DNA from: Pyrolobus fumarii 1A
Lineage (GTDB): Archaea; Thermoproteota; Thermoprotei_A; Sulfolobales; Pyrodictiaceae
Direction: 5' to 3'
Assembly (NCBI RefSeq): GCF_000223395.1
Contig: NC_015931.1
Coordinates: forward strand, 570,001 to 602,000
DNA: 32,000 nucleotides
Position 1 is the first letter of the stretch. The number at the start of each line of letters is the position of its first letter. Below are positions 7,288-15,599 of this stretch, piece after piece. Made by a program: the position numbers and the translations under genes. A model generated the notes under the pieces. That model searched no databases. It was not told the DNA's origin and saw only the letters and a program-made list of their open reading frames with translations.

Positions 7288-7848
7288 TTGCCGAAGCTTA
7301 GGCTGACCCGTTGGGGGTATGCTAGTGGCCGTGTGTTGGAGGCGCTTCTAGAAGCTCTTCTAGCATTGAGCTTTCTCGATATGGGCTACACTCGTAACGC
7401 TGCTGGCAAGGCATTCCAAGCCTGGAAGGCGTTGACGGCTGCAATACTGGCGTTGGAGAAGGACAGGTTGGAGAAGCTGCTATCCGAGAAGGAGAGGAAG
7501 TGGTTGGAGACGAAGGGTGTCCCTTGGGTGCCCACCAGCAGCCTCAAGCCCCTATCGCAGCTATTGGAGGAGAAGGTAGGCTACAAGTACTTCTCATTCT
7601 ACACGGATAAGGCGCTAGACCTGCACACTTACCAGTACCAGGGGCCGGACCCGGAAAGACTACTATCGAAACATGCCAGCAGGGAGGAGGCTGCCACCGA
7701 CACGTTACTGCTGCTAAAGGTGCTAATAGAACTCATAGAGGAGAAGGTCAAACCCAGACTCCAACAAAGGAATCTATGGCTACCAGACCATGAAAAGGCG
7801 TTACAGCAGCTGAAGCAAAAACTAACACCGGGAAAACAACAAGCCTAG
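7288..7848 (+). CDS. PaREP1-like archaeal protein (four-helix-bundle family)
   Basis: 186 aa with a TTG start. The segment LEALLALSFLDMGYTRNAAGKAFQAWKALTAAILALE resembles the PaREP1 N-terminal signature as I remember it. Confidence 0.6.
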   Translation: MPKLRLTRWGYASGRVLEALLEALLALSFLDMGYTRNAAGKAFQAWKALTAAILALEKDRLEKLLSEKERKWLETKGVPWVPTSSLKPLSQLLEEKVGYKYFSFYTDKALDLHTYQYQGPDPERLLSKHASREEAATDTLLLLKVLIELIEEKVKPRLQQRNLWLPDHEKALQQLKQKLTPGKQQA

Positions 7849-8231
7849 ACCTCTTTCAATACAATTGAAAAAGCTGACTGCGCTGGGGAGACTTTCAAGA
7901 CTAGGCAATACCCCGGCGCTAATTGACAACTTTTCTGCGGTTGGAGAGTATCTCTCCATCGCTACGGTCCTATCTCTCCTGCCTTCCACACAACATTATC
8001 CATGCAGTTCCAGAAGTGCAAAGTGCACAATATTCCGAGTGGGTAGCCCAACACGCCAGCTAACCTGAAGAGACAGTCCTGGTATAGCAAGTTTAAAAGT
8101 CTGAGTCGAATAAGTGGGCTATCAAGTGCCGCTTCTACCACTTAACCGGGCTCATCGTCCATAAGTGAGACACACCGAGTGACTACACAGTACGCCAAGC
8201 TTGTAGGGTGAGATGTCGAGAGGCTTAGGAT

Positions 8232-8309
8232 TGGTGGGCCCGCGGGGATTTGAACCCCGGACCTCCGCCGTGTGAGGGCGGCGTCCTAACCAGGCTAGAC
8301 GACGGGCCC
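8232..8309 (-). tRNA. tRNA-Val (anticodon CAC), CCA encoded, no intron
   Basis: Minus-strand sequence GGGCCCGTCGTCTAGCCTGGTTAGGACGCCGCCCTCACACGGCGGAGGTCCGGGGTTCAAATCCCCGCGGGCCCACCA. Fold: 7-bp acceptor stem GGGCCCG/CGGGCCC, D stem GUCU/GGAC, anticodon stem CCGCC/GGCGG with loop CUCACAC, T stem CGGGG/CCCCG with loop UUCAAAU. Confidence 0.95.
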
Positions 8310-8340
8310 AGGTGCCGTGATGACTCCTTATCGCCAGGGC

Positions 8341-8346
8341 TTATAA
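8341..8346 (-). promoter_or_regulatory. TATA box (TTATAA) with a purine-rich BRE-like stretch upstream, about 32 nt before the tRNA 5' end
   Basis: Minus strand reads GGAGAAAAGGTTATAAGCCC ... 5' end of the tRNA. Confidence 0.45.
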
Positions 8347-8652
8347 CCTTTTCTCCTTTTAAGTGTTTCGCGAGTGCTAGGAGCTCCTCGGCTGATATCA
8401 GGCTAAGCGCACAGCGAACCAGCTCGTCGCTCGGCTTCCTCTTCCCGCGCCGGAGCATGTACGCCGAGCAGCATCAAGAATCTCGCTGCAACTCCACTCG
8501 CTAGCCACACGCCGGGTATAACTGCCGATAAGCGTCAATCTCACATTGTTTCACAGCAACGCATCAACCCAACCTCCCTTAGCCCTGACAACACCGACAG
8601 GCAGGTACCATCGTGACTACAAACATCTCAACAACCACTACCCACCACCCCC

Positions 8653-8817
8653 TCAGCCTACAATCGCAGCCTTCTCCCGACGCTTAACCAGGCGCAGCCC
8701 TTCATCACGAATCTTGTTGATATCAACGGCACCAGGAGCCTCGAGAGTCTCGAGTAGTAGCCGTAGTGTTGCCTCGTCTAGGCCGCTCTTGTAGAGGTCA
8801 AACTGCGTTGTAAACAT
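8653..8817 (-). CDS. possible small protein (54 aa), unknown function
   Basis: Translated by hand: MFTTQFDLYKSGLDEATLRLLLETLEAPGAVDINKIRDEGLRLVKRREKAAIVG, ATG start and TGA stop. It is below the 60-aa cut-off of the ORF track. It looks more protein-like than the overlapping + strand ORF 8546-8794. Confidence 0.25.
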   Translation of the reverse strand: MFTTQFDLYKSGLDEATLRLLLETLEAPGAVDINKIRDEGLRLVKRREKAAIVG

Positions 8818-8986
8818 CTCTATGCATCCGGATTACCCGTCACCATAAAGAGCTTTGCAAGAGGTTTATCACACCGAATAGGAGGCTCCGAGAGGCCGCG
8901 AAGAAGCAAGGAGAATCCCTGACAGGCTCGGATGGGAAGGCTTACTGAACTAAAATGATGCGTGAGGTTATTTCACTGGCGACATC

Positions 8987-9674
8987 TCAATGACTAGTTT
9001 TACAGGTGTCGCGTTGGAGTCTTTCCATTGTAGGAATATCGTCACTTCTATCACCGGGCAATATTTTACCGATACCCTGCGCGACTAGCTCGTTATTCTC
9101 GTCGTATAGTTTTACTCTAACATCCATGTTCTCGGTGAAGGGTACGCGAGGCTCCCAGACTAGTGTCAATGTCTTCCGATCTTTCGAAAGCCACGCAAGT
9201 ATGACCATTGAGCTTGACTCTACTATACGGCCTTGCTCGTCTCGCTTCTTGTAGCCCATCTCCAGTATCCATGTCCCGTTTGCGGTTCGGATGCCATAGG
9301 TACTCTCGATGATGTATATGGTTTCATTCGGCCATCCTTCTTTCTCTACGCTCCTGTAATGGAGTTCGAAGCTCACATCTGGTATGTGAGTGACTGTGGT
9401 TGTAACGGTTTGATGTCTTTACAACTGTTTTCTCCACCACCATCATAGATGTCTCCGTCACTGTTACCGTACGCGTCTCTGTCTTGGTCACTGTCTTTTC
9501 GATGGTCTTCGTCTCGGTTACAGTTGTTGGCACCATCAGTGTCTGGTAGAGGGTTGTTGTGCTAGTGAGCGTTGTTGTCGACACTATGCCTGGTATACTG
9601 GGTGCAGCCGCCCACAGTATCGCCATGCCAACCACTAGACCGGCGATGAAGAATGCGGCGAGACGCGTGTCCAT
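8987..9674 (-). pseudogene. membrane-anchored Thr/Val-rich protein, apparently split by a frameshift into ORFs 9324-9674 and 8987-9376
   Basis: The upstream ORF has an N-terminal TM anchor followed by TVT/TET repeats. The frame of the downstream ORF, read upstream of its GTG, continues the repeat (QTVTTTVTHIPD-VSFELHY) back to a TAA at 9419-9421. Confidence 0.45.
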
Positions 9675-9812
9675 GGTATAGCCCCATGGGCCCGTGCAAT
9701 TTCATGGCTATAACCCGAACTGGATGGATGCAGTCAAAAACTGCTAAAAAGAGGTGAAGCTTGTTTTATTGTAAGGTCGCCTTTAACAGCAAGTGTGCTG
9801 TTTCAGTTGCTT

Positions 9813-10331
9813 CTAGTGCATTTCTCTGGTTATGCTGTCTGGTTTCTGTCCGCTCGGGCTGGTGTTGATGCCTTCGTGTTGATAGGCTCCTTGGTATAGG
9901 CGTGTGAGGCCTATCACGGGGATGTAGACCAGTTGGGCTATGTGCGCGCCCTGCTCTATGGTGATGCCGTGGGGGTTGTGCACCTCTAGGAGGGTTACGC
10001 CTCTGCCCTCGTAGCCCGGGTCCCATACTGCCGTGTGTAGCACGGCGCCCATCCTTAGGAGGGTTGAGCGGGGGTATGCTAGTGCGATGAAACCGGGTGG
10101 TATCTTCACGGGCTCCGAGTACCTCACGAGGTAGGCTCCTGGCTCTAGGTGATATCGGCCGTCGCGGGGCTCCAGCCTCTCCAGCTTGGGTAGGCTCCTG
10201 GTGTTCCTGGTGAGGGTTGCTGGCCCGGCGTACCGGTAGACCTCGCCGAGTGTGAGTTTCAAGCCGCTCGTGTCGAGGGACTCCTGTGGCACTCCGAGGA
10301 TCTGTGCTAATAGTGTGGGTGAGAGGGCCAC
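9813..10331 (-). CDS. dut: archaeal-type dUTP diphosphatase (dCTP deaminase/dUTPase family)
   Basis: 172 aa. AYPRSTLLRMGAVLHTAVWDPGYEGRG and GAHIAQLVYI closely resemble the archaeal dUTPase (MJ1102-type) motifs. Confidence 0.85.
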   Translation of the reverse strand: MALSPTLLAQILGVPQESLDTSGLKLTLGEVYRYAGPATLTRNTRSLPKLERLEPRDGRYHLEPGAYLVRYSEPVKIPPGFIALAYPRSTLLRMGAVLHTAVWDPGYEGRGVTLLEVHNPHGITIEQGAHIAQLVYIPVIGLTRLYQGAYQHEGINTSPSGQKPDSITREMH

Positions 10332-10457
10332 GTGGCTTCCCTTTCGCGGGTTAGGGGCTAAGCCCCCTTTGCGGCGAGCGGCGGGGTATAACCCGGTGAG
10401 CGGGCTACGAGCGAGAAGCCTATACTAATACTCCCAGACTTCTTTGTCGATGTTGTT

Positions 10458-11357
10458 ATGCACCCGTTGTTCCCGGGGTTTGAGGAGCTGCTCGAGGCTA
10501 TGAGGGAGACGGCGTCATACGGTGGCGGCAATATACTCGTGCGTGGGGTTATACGGCCTGGCGGGAACGCCGGGAATACCGCCAGGGTGCTGGCGGCGCT
10601 GGGTAGGCGTGTTGTGCTGGGGCTCGTGGGCTCCGAGCAACTGGCTAGCATAGCGCGCGTCATGATGCCGGGTGTTGAGGTTGTTAGGCTCGGGGGGTGG
10701 GGCGAGTGCTTCTCGTCCATAGTCGAGGTTGAAGCTAGGGAGAGACTCGTTAACCTCATGTTCTCGGATAAGGGGTGTTTGTCCGCGATAGGCCGCGACG
10801 AGAGGATAGTGGAGAGGCTGGAGGCGCTGATACGCGAGAGGGGGTTTAGCGCGGCAGCCGCCGTGAATATAGCCGCGTGGGGCGAGCCTGGCAGCCTCTC
10901 ACGACTCCTCAATGGGCTTGAGATACTCGTGCTCGATACTAGTGATGTGAGAGGCCGCGACCCAAGGAGGCTCCTAGAGGCACTCGCATCCTACAGGGCC
11001 TCGAGGCTAACGATACTCTCCATGAACGAGAATGAGGCTGCATACTTCTCTCTGCACCTGGGCGCGGGGAGCCCCGCCGAGACTGTGGAGAGGCTAGCCG
11101 AGTTTCTCGGCTACACAGTGTGCCTGCACACGCCGAGGTTCGCTCTATGCCAGCCGGGCGACATACGCGTTGATAACATGTTCTACGTGGATAACCCTGC
11201 TACTAGCACCGGCGCGGGAGACGCGTGGAACGCGGGGCTTCTCGATGCGCTCACACGGGGGCTGGACCTCGAGAGCGCGGTGCTACACGCGCACCGCGTC
11301 GCATCCTGCTATGTCGCGAAGGGCGCGCCATGCACTAGGAGCCAGCTTCCAGGCTAA
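10458..11357 (+). CDS. PfkB-family carbohydrate/nucleoside kinase
   Basis: 299 aa. C-terminal TGAGDAWNAGLL (the PfkB GAGD anion-hole motif). Substrate not inferable. Confidence 0.8.
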   Translation: MHPLFPGFEELLEAMRETASYGGGNILVRGVIRPGGNAGNTARVLAALGRRVVLGLVGSEQLASIARVMMPGVEVVRLGGWGECFSSIVEVEARERLVNLMFSDKGCLSAIGRDERIVERLEALIRERGFSAAAAVNIAAWGEPGSLSRLLNGLEILVLDTSDVRGRDPRRLLEALASYRASRLTILSMNENEAAYFSLHLGAGSPAETVERLAEFLGYTVCLHTPRFALCQPGDIRVDNMFYVDNPATSTGAGDAWNAGLLDALTRGLDLESAVLHAHRVASCYVAKGAPCTRSQLPG

Positions 11358-11546
11358 CCGTGGCTACCTGCAGGCGGATCGCAGCACCGCACACCATCTA
11401 TTGTCAATTATCTTTGGCGCAGTTGCTATTCGATTGTGTTTCGCGATTGATTAAAGCAGTGTAAAACCGGTGAGTCTCTTTGCTTATTAGTTTGCGGATT
11501 GTTTTTCAGTGGGCGCGTATCATACATCCGCGGTGGGGCGTAAACC

Positions 11547-12503
11547 TTGGCCAGATTGAAGATTGCTGTTGTTGGCGTCGGCAGGCTTGGCCAGGCTGTA
11601 GCCTTCCGCGTGCTCCAGGAGCCTTACGTCAAGGAGCTCATACTTGTCGACATTCGTGAGGATTTCGTGCAGGGTATTGCTGAGGAGTTTAGGCACTACG
11701 TCGCTATCGCAAGCATGCACGATGTTGAGGTAGAGGCTGTTAGTGATGCTAGCGAGGTCGCTGGCGCCGACATCGTGATCGTGACTGCCGGTGTACCGAG
11801 GAAGCCAGGCATGAGCCGCCGTGACCTAGCCGGGCAGAACGCGAAGATCATGAAGACCATCGCTGAGGCCATGTCCCCTAGGAACCCGAACGCAGTCTTC
11901 CTCATCGCAACCAACCCTGTGGACGCCATGACCATGGTGTTCAAGAGGTACGCGAGAGTAGAGAAAGTCTATGGTTTCGGCACGATGCTAGACACCGCCA
12001 GGTTCCGCTCGATACTCGCGAGGGAGCTTGGCGTGGAGCCGAGTAGAGTCACCGGCTTCTTCGTAGGCGAGCATGGCGAGTCTGGCTTCGTGGCCTGGAG
12101 CACCGTGTACGTTGATGGCATACACGTTGACAAGTGGGTGAAGAGGAAGGGCAAGCTACTCGACAAGCAAGCCGTCGAGCAGAAGGTGCATAGGGTCGCC
12201 GCAGAGGTCATCGCGGCTACCGGCGCGACCATGTGGGGCCCCGCGGGCGCCTTCATCAAGGTCATAAGGGGCTTCGCAATACCAGAGGATCACCTGCTAG
12301 CCTTTGGCGTGGAGATGAAGTTCCCAGAGGTGGAGGAGCCTGTGATACTAAGCGTCCCGACGATGGTGACGAGGGGCTACGTCAAACCGCTGCTAGAGCT
12401 GCTGAACGAGGAGGAGAGGAAGAAGCTCGTCGAGTCAGCAAAGTCAATACTCAACGTCTATAAGCAGGCTCTCACGGCGCTCGAGGAGCAGAAGGAGAGC
12501 TAA
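11547..12503 (+). CDS. mdh: malate (L-2-hydroxyacid) dehydrogenase, LDH/MDH family
   Basis: 318 aa with a TTG start. Rossmann segment KIAVVGVGRLGQAVAF, then TAGVPRKPGMSRRDL and ATNPVD motifs. Confidence 0.9.
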   Translation: MARLKIAVVGVGRLGQAVAFRVLQEPYVKELILVDIREDFVQGIAEEFRHYVAIASMHDVEVEAVSDASEVAGADIVIVTAGVPRKPGMSRRDLAGQNAKIMKTIAEAMSPRNPNAVFLIATNPVDAMTMVFKRYARVEKVYGFGTMLDTARFRSILARELGVEPSRVTGFFVGEHGESGFVAWSTVYVDGIHVDKWVKRKGKLLDKQAVEQKVHRVAAEVIAATGATMWGPAGAFIKVIRGFAIPEDHLLAFGVEMKFPEVEEPVILSVPTMVTRGYVKPLLELLNEEERKKLVESAKSILNVYKQALTALEEQKES

Positions 12504-13806
12504 CAGGCTCATAGTACAACGCCAGTACCGCCGCTCCCACGTACCCGAGCAACGCCGCCATTATGAACACTAGCTGGTCGCCGCTCAGCAGGCCCCCGAG
12601 CAACACCAAGTCTTTCCACGCCCTGTACAGGTAGGCGCCCACCATGGGCCCTACTATCATACCCGCGTTGAAGAATGCTTGTTGCATGCCGAATACCCTA
12701 CCTCGTAGATTCTGCGGCACTAGTTCAACCTGTATAGTGCGCATCAGCGGCATTAGTATGTTGAAACTCACCTGCGCGAGTATAAGCGCGGCGAGCAGCT
12801 CTAGTATGTTGCTCGAGAAGGCTATGAGTAGCCACGTTGTCCTAGCGGTGAACGCCGCTGCTATTAGCACCGTCTTTTTCCTCGCAGCGTCTAGCCTGTC
12901 AATCCTCCCCGCCATAGGGTAGGCCGTCGTCATCCCCACTAGACTTGCAACCGCGAATGTAATGCCTATGTGGATGGGGTTGGCCGTGATCCTATCCATT
13001 ATGAAGAGCGTCGCCACCGAGACGAAGATACCCATTGTGAAGCCATTGATGAGGCTGTTCGTGTATATGGCTGCTAGGCTCCTCCTAACCCTATCCCCAA
13101 CCTCCCTAAACACGCTTGTGAAGCTCAGCGCGGCCGATGCCAGGCTGTTACGGGTCTCGCTGCGCTGGATTGTCTCCGGGAGGGTTGTTGCGAGTATCAA
13201 CCCGGGTATGGTGAAAAGCGCTACTATGGCGAAGGGCGCCCTTAGCAGGGTGATGACATCACCGTGTATCAGCATCCTCGAGGCCATGTAGGCTGCTACG
13301 CCCACAAGTGGGCCGGCTACGTGTCCAACCTGCATTGATATCACGTAGAGGGATAGTGCCCTTGCACGATAGAATGGAGGCACGAGGTCAACTAGGAGGG
13401 TCTCGGCGACGGGCCATACTAGTGCGGAGGCGACGCCTTGCAAGGCACGTAGCAGTATGAGCTCCTCGACGCTAGCCGTGAAGACATAGAGTATACTAAC
13501 GAGCACGTAGATGGCCATGCCAGTGACTATGAGCTTCTTGCGGCCAAAGTGGTCGCTTAGCCCGCCGCTCACTAGCGCGAAGAGTGTCCTCGTGAGCATG
13601 AAGGCTGAGGTCATGGCTCCAAACTCGAGCGCCACCTCTCTGGTTTCGACGCGAGCGAGTATATCGGGGGGCTCGGTTAGGAGGCCTTTGAGTGCAAGAA
13701 GGTAGTATGGTATGATGAGGTTGACTGCCGCGAAGCCAACACTTATCAACAGGGAGATGAGCACAACCGGCAGTATCATGCGTATCCTGAACCCGTTAAC
13801 CTCCAC
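12472..13806 (-). CDS. MFS transporter
   Basis: 444 aa with about 12 hydrophobic helices and the MFS loop motif GGLSDHFGRKK. Confidence 0.85.
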   Translation of the reverse strand: MEVNGFRIRMILPVVLISLLISVGFAAVNLIIPYYLLALKGLLTEPPDILARVETREVALEFGAMTSAFMLTRTLFALVSGGLSDHFGRKKLIVTGMAIYVLVSILYVFTASVEELILLRALQGVASALVWPVAETLLVDLVPPFYRARALSLYVISMQVGHVAGPLVGVAAYMASRMLIHGDVITLLRAPFAIVALFTIPGLILATTLPETIQRSETRNSLASAALSFTSVFREVGDRVRRSLAAIYTNSLINGFTMGIFVSVATLFIMDRITANPIHIGITFAVASLVGMTTAYPMAGRIDRLDAARKKTVLIAAAFTARTTWLLIAFSSNILELLAALILAQVSFNILMPLMRTIQVELVPQNLRGRVFGMQQAFFNAGMIVGPMVGAYLYRAWKDLVLLGGLLSGDQLVFIMAALLGYVGAAVLALYYEPVSSPSAPRAP

Positions 13807-13884
13807 TATCTTTCGCCGGTCGATAGGCGGCGGCCCATACGGCCCGATTAAAATATCGTGTGGGCCGCTACTCCCACCGCTGTT

Positions 13885-14736
13885 TCAGAGCCTCGGGTTG
13901 GGCTCCTCTGTGAAGAAGTCCTCGCCGGCAACAAGCACCTGCTGTATAATCGCGTAGAGGTCGTCTAGGCCGTAACCGGAGACCGCCGAGACGAACCTCA
14001 CTGCCGTCTCCATGCTGGCGCCGCTGGGCGCCTGCGACTCTATGAGCCTCGCGAATGCCTCTGCTTGCTCAGGTTCTATGCGGTCCTGGAGTAGCCTCTC
14101 GTAGAAGTAGTCAGGCTCGTTAAGCATCCTCTCGATCTCCTCCATCGCATCCCGTGTGAGCAGATCAGCCTTCGAGACTATGTTCACCTGTGGCAGTTTG
14201 AGGCGGAAGCGTACCGAGTAGGCTAGTAGCACGGCGGACGCCAGGCTGGACGGTCTTGACGCGAGAACCGCGTCTATGAGGAAGACTGTGACTGTGCGGT
14301 ACCCTTCGATGAGCTTCGAGAGGACCATTGGGCCGGTATCGCGGAAGGCGAAGAGTTCCATCTGGCCCGGCGTGTCGACTATGACGTAGTTGGCGCGGGT
14401 GGCCTCCACCTCCTCCCTAATCTTATCCACGTACTTGATGACGAGGTCGACGGAGGCTATGAGGGCGCCATTGGGGCCCAACTGGTAGTCCTCCATCACC
14501 TTCCTCGCGTTCACATAGTCGCGGACGTCGACGTCCGGATTGTAGGGTAGCCACTCGACAGCCGGGTCGAGGTTAAGCCTGGTGACGTCCAGCTCGTTAG
14601 CCTCCATCCAGTCTGCCAGCGCTGCTACGAGGTGCGACTTGCCGCTCCCAGCGGGCCCCACTACCACCACGAAGTACACTGGTACCCCCGCGTGTCTCTC
14701 GCCGCGCCAGCCCCTTACAAGGCATCGCAGCCCCAC
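13885..14736 (-). CDS. GPN-loop GTPase
   Basis: P-loop VVVVGPAGSGKSH, LNLDPA, and GPNGALI (GPN motif). Alternative GTG start at 14679 (VYFVVVVG). Confidence 0.85.
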   Translation of the reverse strand: MGLRCLVRGWRGERHAGVPVYFVVVVGPAGSGKSHLVAALADWMEANELDVTRLNLDPAVEWLPYNPDVDVRDYVNARKVMEDYQLGPNGALIASVDLVIKYVDKIREEVEATRANYVIVDTPGQMELFAFRDTGPMVLSKLIEGYRTVTVFLIDAVLASRPSSLASAVLLAYSVRFRLKLPQVNIVSKADLLTRDAMEEIERMLNEPDYFYERLLQDRIEPEQAEAFARLIESQAPSGASMETAVRFVSAVSGYGLDDLYAIIQQVLVAGEDFFTEEPNPRL

Positions 14737-14818
14737 CGACCTCTCCGTTTAAGCCTCTCAGCTGTACCTATGCACCCAGACCGGGTGGCAGGCGCTGCAA
14801 GCGGCAGTTAGGCTCACT

Positions 14819-15547
14819 GTGCTGGGAGCGGGTGGGTCGAGCCCCCCGCCTGGCTACGCGGGGCCCGCGATCCTAGTCGATAGCGGCGACGCTAGGCTAC
14901 TACTGGACTGTGGCGAGGGTTGCCTTGAGAGGCTCCGCGCCCTGGGCTACACTCCCTGCGAGATAGACGCGGTGTACATTACACACGCGCATGTGGACCA
15001 CTGGTCTGGTCTCTTCCCTCTCGCTGTGGGGAGGATCGAGGAGGGGTGCCGCCACCTAAAGATATACATGCATGGCGAGGTGGCCGAGGAGCTTAAGACT
15101 CTACTAGCGAACCTCATGCCGTCCAAGATAAGCGTCGAGGTGAAACCCGTCACGGATGGGTTCCGGGTGGAGAGCCTGGATGCTAGGCTTGTCCCGGCCT
15201 CGCACTCGAAGCCCACCTACGCAATCGGAGTGTACCATGATGGTAGTCTTAAGCTCCTCTACACCGGAGACACTAGGCTCGAGGATAATGTGGTTGATGC
15301 GCTGAGGAGGCTCGGCAAGCCTGAGGTGCTGGTGGTGGAGGCTACCCTGCCTTCCGGTAGAGAGGATGCCGCGAGAGAATCGGGCCACCTGACTGTAAGC
15401 CAGGCTCTCGAGCTGGGCGCGTTGCTAGACGCAGGGCTGTTGATACCGGTGCATCTCACGCCGTTGAGCTTGAGGCAGCTTCGGGCTTACAGGAGGATGC
15501 CACGTGGCGTCATAGTCCCGGTTGACGGGTTTACCATCACTGTGTAA
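14819..15547 (+). CDS. metallo-beta-lactamase-fold hydrolase (RNase Z/ribonuclease-like)
   Basis: 242 aa with a GTG start. ITHAHVDHWSG matches the HxHxDH motif. Confidence 0.8.
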   Translation: MLGAGGSSPPPGYAGPAILVDSGDARLLLDCGEGCLERLRALGYTPCEIDAVYITHAHVDHWSGLFPLAVGRIEEGCRHLKIYMHGEVAEELKTLLANLMPSKISVEVKPVTDGFRVESLDARLVPASHSKPTYAIGVYHDGSLKLLYTGDTRLEDNVVDALRRLGKPEVLVVEATLPSGREDAARESGHLTVSQALELGALLDAGLLIPVHLTPLSLRQLRAYRRMPRGVIVPVDGFTITV

Positions 15548-15599
15548 TGCTTGTTTAAGGCTGGGGTCTTGTTGTAACAGAAAACGGAGGCCCGTAGCC

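Larger units (their letters stand above)
5580..7290. other. AT-rich compositional islet, probably horizontally acquired
   Basis: Hand counts on single 60-nt lines: 5641-5700 = 21/60 GC and 6961-7020 = 20/60 GC, versus 41/60 for 19021-19080 in pyrG. Not a full sliding-window calculation. Confidence 0.6.

Noticed and set aside
7865-8068. A 67-aa + strand ORF between the PaREP1-like gene and the tRNA.
   Set aside because: It has a TTG start, no motif and no obvious promoter, and its composition is not convincing. It is left unannotated; it could be checked by conservation.
8111-8144. A tRNA-like D-loop string (minus strand AAGTGGTAGAA) and a 7-bp stem TAAGTGG/CCACTTA downstream of tRNA-Val, considered as a tRNA fragment or att remnant.
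   Set aside because: It cannot be folded into acceptor, D or anticodon arms. It has a 20-nt loop and no similarity to the adjacent tRNA-Val sequence.
8225-8458. A 77-aa minus-strand ORF reading straight through tRNA-Val. It translates the T-arm as GGGPGFKSPR, reminiscent of the PPGFEP stretch encoded across attP in SSV-type integrases. It raised the idea of a partitioned Int(N) fragment.
   Set aside because: The ORF covers the tRNA promoter and the whole tRNA, and stops immediately after the CCA end. No Int(C)-like reading frame follows, since there is no minus-strand ORF of 60 aa or more in 7849-8224. By SSV-type integration geometry, the sequence upstream of an intact tRNA is chromosomal, not Int(N). 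The similarity simply reflects translating a conserved T-arm.
8546-8794. An 82-aa + strand ORF.
   Set aside because: It is a Pro/Ser/Thr/Arg-rich, low-complexity sequence. The opposite-strand 54-aa frame looks more protein-like.
8950-9010. A possible C/D-box sRNA (AATGATGC ... CAATGAC).
   Set aside because: No proper D/D' CUGA boxes occur at the required spacing, there are no terminal complementary ends, and it overlaps the 3' end of ORF 8987-9376.
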